Shown here piece by piece: positions 61,669-64,000 of a stretch of DNA of 64,000 nt. The stretch comes from Raillietiella orientalis (lineage: Eukaryota): contig JAYWIR010000005.1 of NCBI GenBank assembly GCA_036172245.1, forward strand, positions 124,001 through 188,000, written 5' to 3'. Under the pieces are notes generated by a model. The model saw only the letters and a program-made list of their open reading frames with translations. It made no database searches and was not told where the DNA came from. The stretch's first letter is position 1, and every line of letters begins with the position of its first letter. Position numbers and translations under genes: made by a program.

Positions 61669-62646
61669 CGGTCCGCCTTCCGTTCCTCGTTTCGCCACCA
61701 CCCAGAGTGGCAGGAGGGCAGCCATGGCAACAGTTCCCGGGTGTGAGTACCAATGCCCTCTCCGGGTGCCCGAGCCTCGAGCCTTGTGCCGTCGGGTGTC
61801 CGCCTCGGGGGTTGGACAAGGGTGCTCCCCTGGGAGAAGGGACCAGTGGGGATGAAGAGGGAAGCTTAGGAAAGGAGGAGGAGGTGGATCCCTGCATCTT
61901 CTTCATCTCCGGAAGGCCGGTGAGCAACGGAGCCCACCGCAGAGCGAATGGCCAGAACGTCGGGAACATCCGCGAGGCGTCTTCGGGGGTTGAGACATTG
62001 ACTCGCTCACTCTTTTCGCGGGATTCTCCGGGAGGCATGGCAGCATCGATTGGCAGCGCTACCTCCTCTCGCTCTCTCGACCCTCCACCCGAGGCGAGGC
62101 GGGGACGTGAGCGCATCTTCCCGCGTAGCTGAGCGGGGCGACGATGGGGAGTGACCACGTGGACCCGTGGAGGTTCGTTAGCCACGTGGCGGATCTCCCT
62201 CCCTCGCGCCCGAGGTTGACCGCTCTTCCCTCTGGTCTCCGCCCTCGCGCGGTCAGCGCGCCCTTCGGCCCTCCGCGGGAGATGGAGGGACCGGTCCACC
62301 ACTCCGGGCGCCGTAGAAGGGATCGAAGATTCCGTCCCTGCGCGGCGACGTGGGGCAGGGGTCTTCTACCCAGTCCCTCGGAAAAGACTCCTTCTCATCG
62401 CAGAGAGGAGCTCATGCAGCGTTTCTCTCTGCGGTGCTATTCGTGCGTCCTCCGAGTTGCCCTCGGGTCTTTGCTCCGCCTCGTGTCCTCGGGAAGGCCC
62501 TCCTTTTCTCCCAGGAGACCACTCCCGCCACGAGCACAAGAAACGCTCGCCCGGTGAGGGCGTTGGTCCGCACGCCCGGAAACCGTTGCCATGGCCACTC
62601 TCCTTCCCCCTGGACGGTGGCGATACGAGGAACGGAGAGCGGACCG
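61669..62646. repeat. Diverged ~100-bp inverted repeat (61669-61766 / 62550-62646) enclosing ~780 bp
   Basis: cggtccgccttccgttcctcgtttcgccacc...ccatggcaacagttcccgggtgtgagtaccaatgccctctccggg vs the reverse complement cggtccgctctccgttcctcgtatcgccacc...ccatggcaacggtttccgggcgtgcggaccaacgccctcaccggg. Confidence 0.85.
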
Positions 62647-64000
62647 GGTGGACGGGAGGACTCCTCCCCTCCTCCTCCTCCACGCTTTCCGCTGCAGCAG
62701 TAGGACGGCATCGGACCTTTCCCGGCCTCGAAATGGGGACTCACCCTGCATGGAACCACCGGCGCCTCGCGGACACGCGTGACCTTGAGCGAAGGCACCT
62801 CCCCGCACGCAGCTGCTGCGAAACTACCGCAGGAGGAGGTACGCAGGGGCGGGGATTCGATCTTCAGAAGGTCCGAAGGGAGTCGAGCGGTCGAGGGGTC
62901 GACTCGAGCGGCCGAGTTGTCCAAGGAAAGCCGACGGGGAGGGGGGGAGGTGGCAGCTAGCCACGACGACTGGAGCTGACTCCTGAGGTAACCCGAGCCC
63001 CCGCCCGCTGTATTAATCGCCACCTTGCAGTTCGCAACGCCCCTTCTTGCGCCATCGCTAACGCCTCGTCGCAGGTGCCTGCCGAACAGACGGGCGGGTG
63101 AGCCCCGTCGACTTCCGCCACCACCAGCAGCGGCAGCGCCCCTGCCGCCGGCGAGGAGCCCGCGCGCGCGCACTCTCCCGGGGAGGGTGCAGGGTTCCCG
63201 GAGCAGCAGCGGGGGGAAGTCGCAAGCGCCTCAGGGCAGGTCGGAAGACCAGAGGCAGTTGGACGCTGCACTCCCGTCGCCGCGATTACGAGGCAACCCC
63301 GCCCCCGTCCCTCCTTTCCTCCCTCCTGAAGTCGTCTCAGGACGGGCAGGGAACGCGACCATCCCGGAAGGGTCGCCGCCGCCGCCGCCGGAAGCGGGAA
63401 TCCGCCGCGGGCGGCAGAGGGACCGCGGCGAGCGGTTCCCGAGCGCTCCGCTATCTGGAGGGACGCCCTGTACGCGCGCCGGGGGGTCATATCGGAGGGT
63501 CCGGGGGATGCTGCCACCTCCTCCTCCTCCCACCCGGGATGCGGCGGACGGGTGGACCGGAGACCGGAGACCTCGTAACGCGCGGGAGGGGAATCTGCGC
63601 GCGCGGGCCGCTCAAAGCTCGTTAGCAGGAGATGCGCGTTCCCTGGAAGGACACGGGTGTGCATCTCCAGAGCGCAAGTCGAGAGCGGCAGGGCCGCCTG
63701 CGCGCCCGTTGGCTCTCACTGTCAGGCGGGCGGATCGACGGATACAGCCGCATGCCAGTTGCCGTGGGAAACGCCCTTTCTCCGCTTTCGACCCGAAGAC
63801 AGAAAGACCCAGCGAGAACGCCGGATGTTTCGAGTAGGAGCACGCGTGCGACACCGGACTGCGTCCTGAACGCACGCACGATCCTTGAGCGTCGCCGCCC
63901 TATTCTGAGGGGATCGGCCGCCCTGCCTGGAGCAGCGCGCCGGAGCGAACAGTCCCCGATGGGAAGGCCGCTGCCGGGCAACGGGATGCTGGAACCGCGC

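Noticed and set aside
46000..64000. Dozens of overlapping 60-350 aa ORFs on both strands
   Set aside because: Expected in ~60%+ GC DNA. The translations are R/P/G/S-rich with no domain motifs and no consistent strand, so none is called as a gene.
1..64000. CRISPR arrays, rRNA, tRNA or prokaryotic operons
   Set aside because: No regularly spaced repeat-spacer array, cloverleaf or rRNA-like sequence was seen. The gene structure is spliceosomal eukaryotic.

Overview
Eukaryotic (animal, probably arthropod; species not identifiable) genomic window. It has many very short introns (41-70 nt) and alternates AT-rich, CpG-poor blocks with GC-rich, CpG-rich blocks. Four conserved spliced genes can be reconstructed by hand: a GIGYF-family GYF-domain translational repressor (+, 5'-truncated, 18-12110), GTPBP2 (-, 17095-12888, tail-to-tail with GIGYF), kanadaptin/SLC4A1AP (-, 33006-27619) and mitochondrial serine protease HtrA2/Omi (+, 39639-43070). 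Between them are several orphan ORFs or exon chains and a decayed mariner transposase fragment (~22.9-23.1 kb). The most striking structure is a 603-bp inverted repeat that appears perfect (25747-26349 / 33750-34352) and brackets the whole kanadaptin gene. The right copy looks like a recent intron-containing duplicate of part of a neighbouring orphan gene, inserted in the kanadaptin upstream region. The GC-rich 46-64 kb block has no recognisable protein family. It contains three diverged copies of a 0.8-2.5 kb unit, a ~100-bp inverted repeat carrying RFX X-box-like motifs, a degenerate tandem repeat and an (AAC/AAT)n tract. All homology calls are from motif recognition, not database searches.
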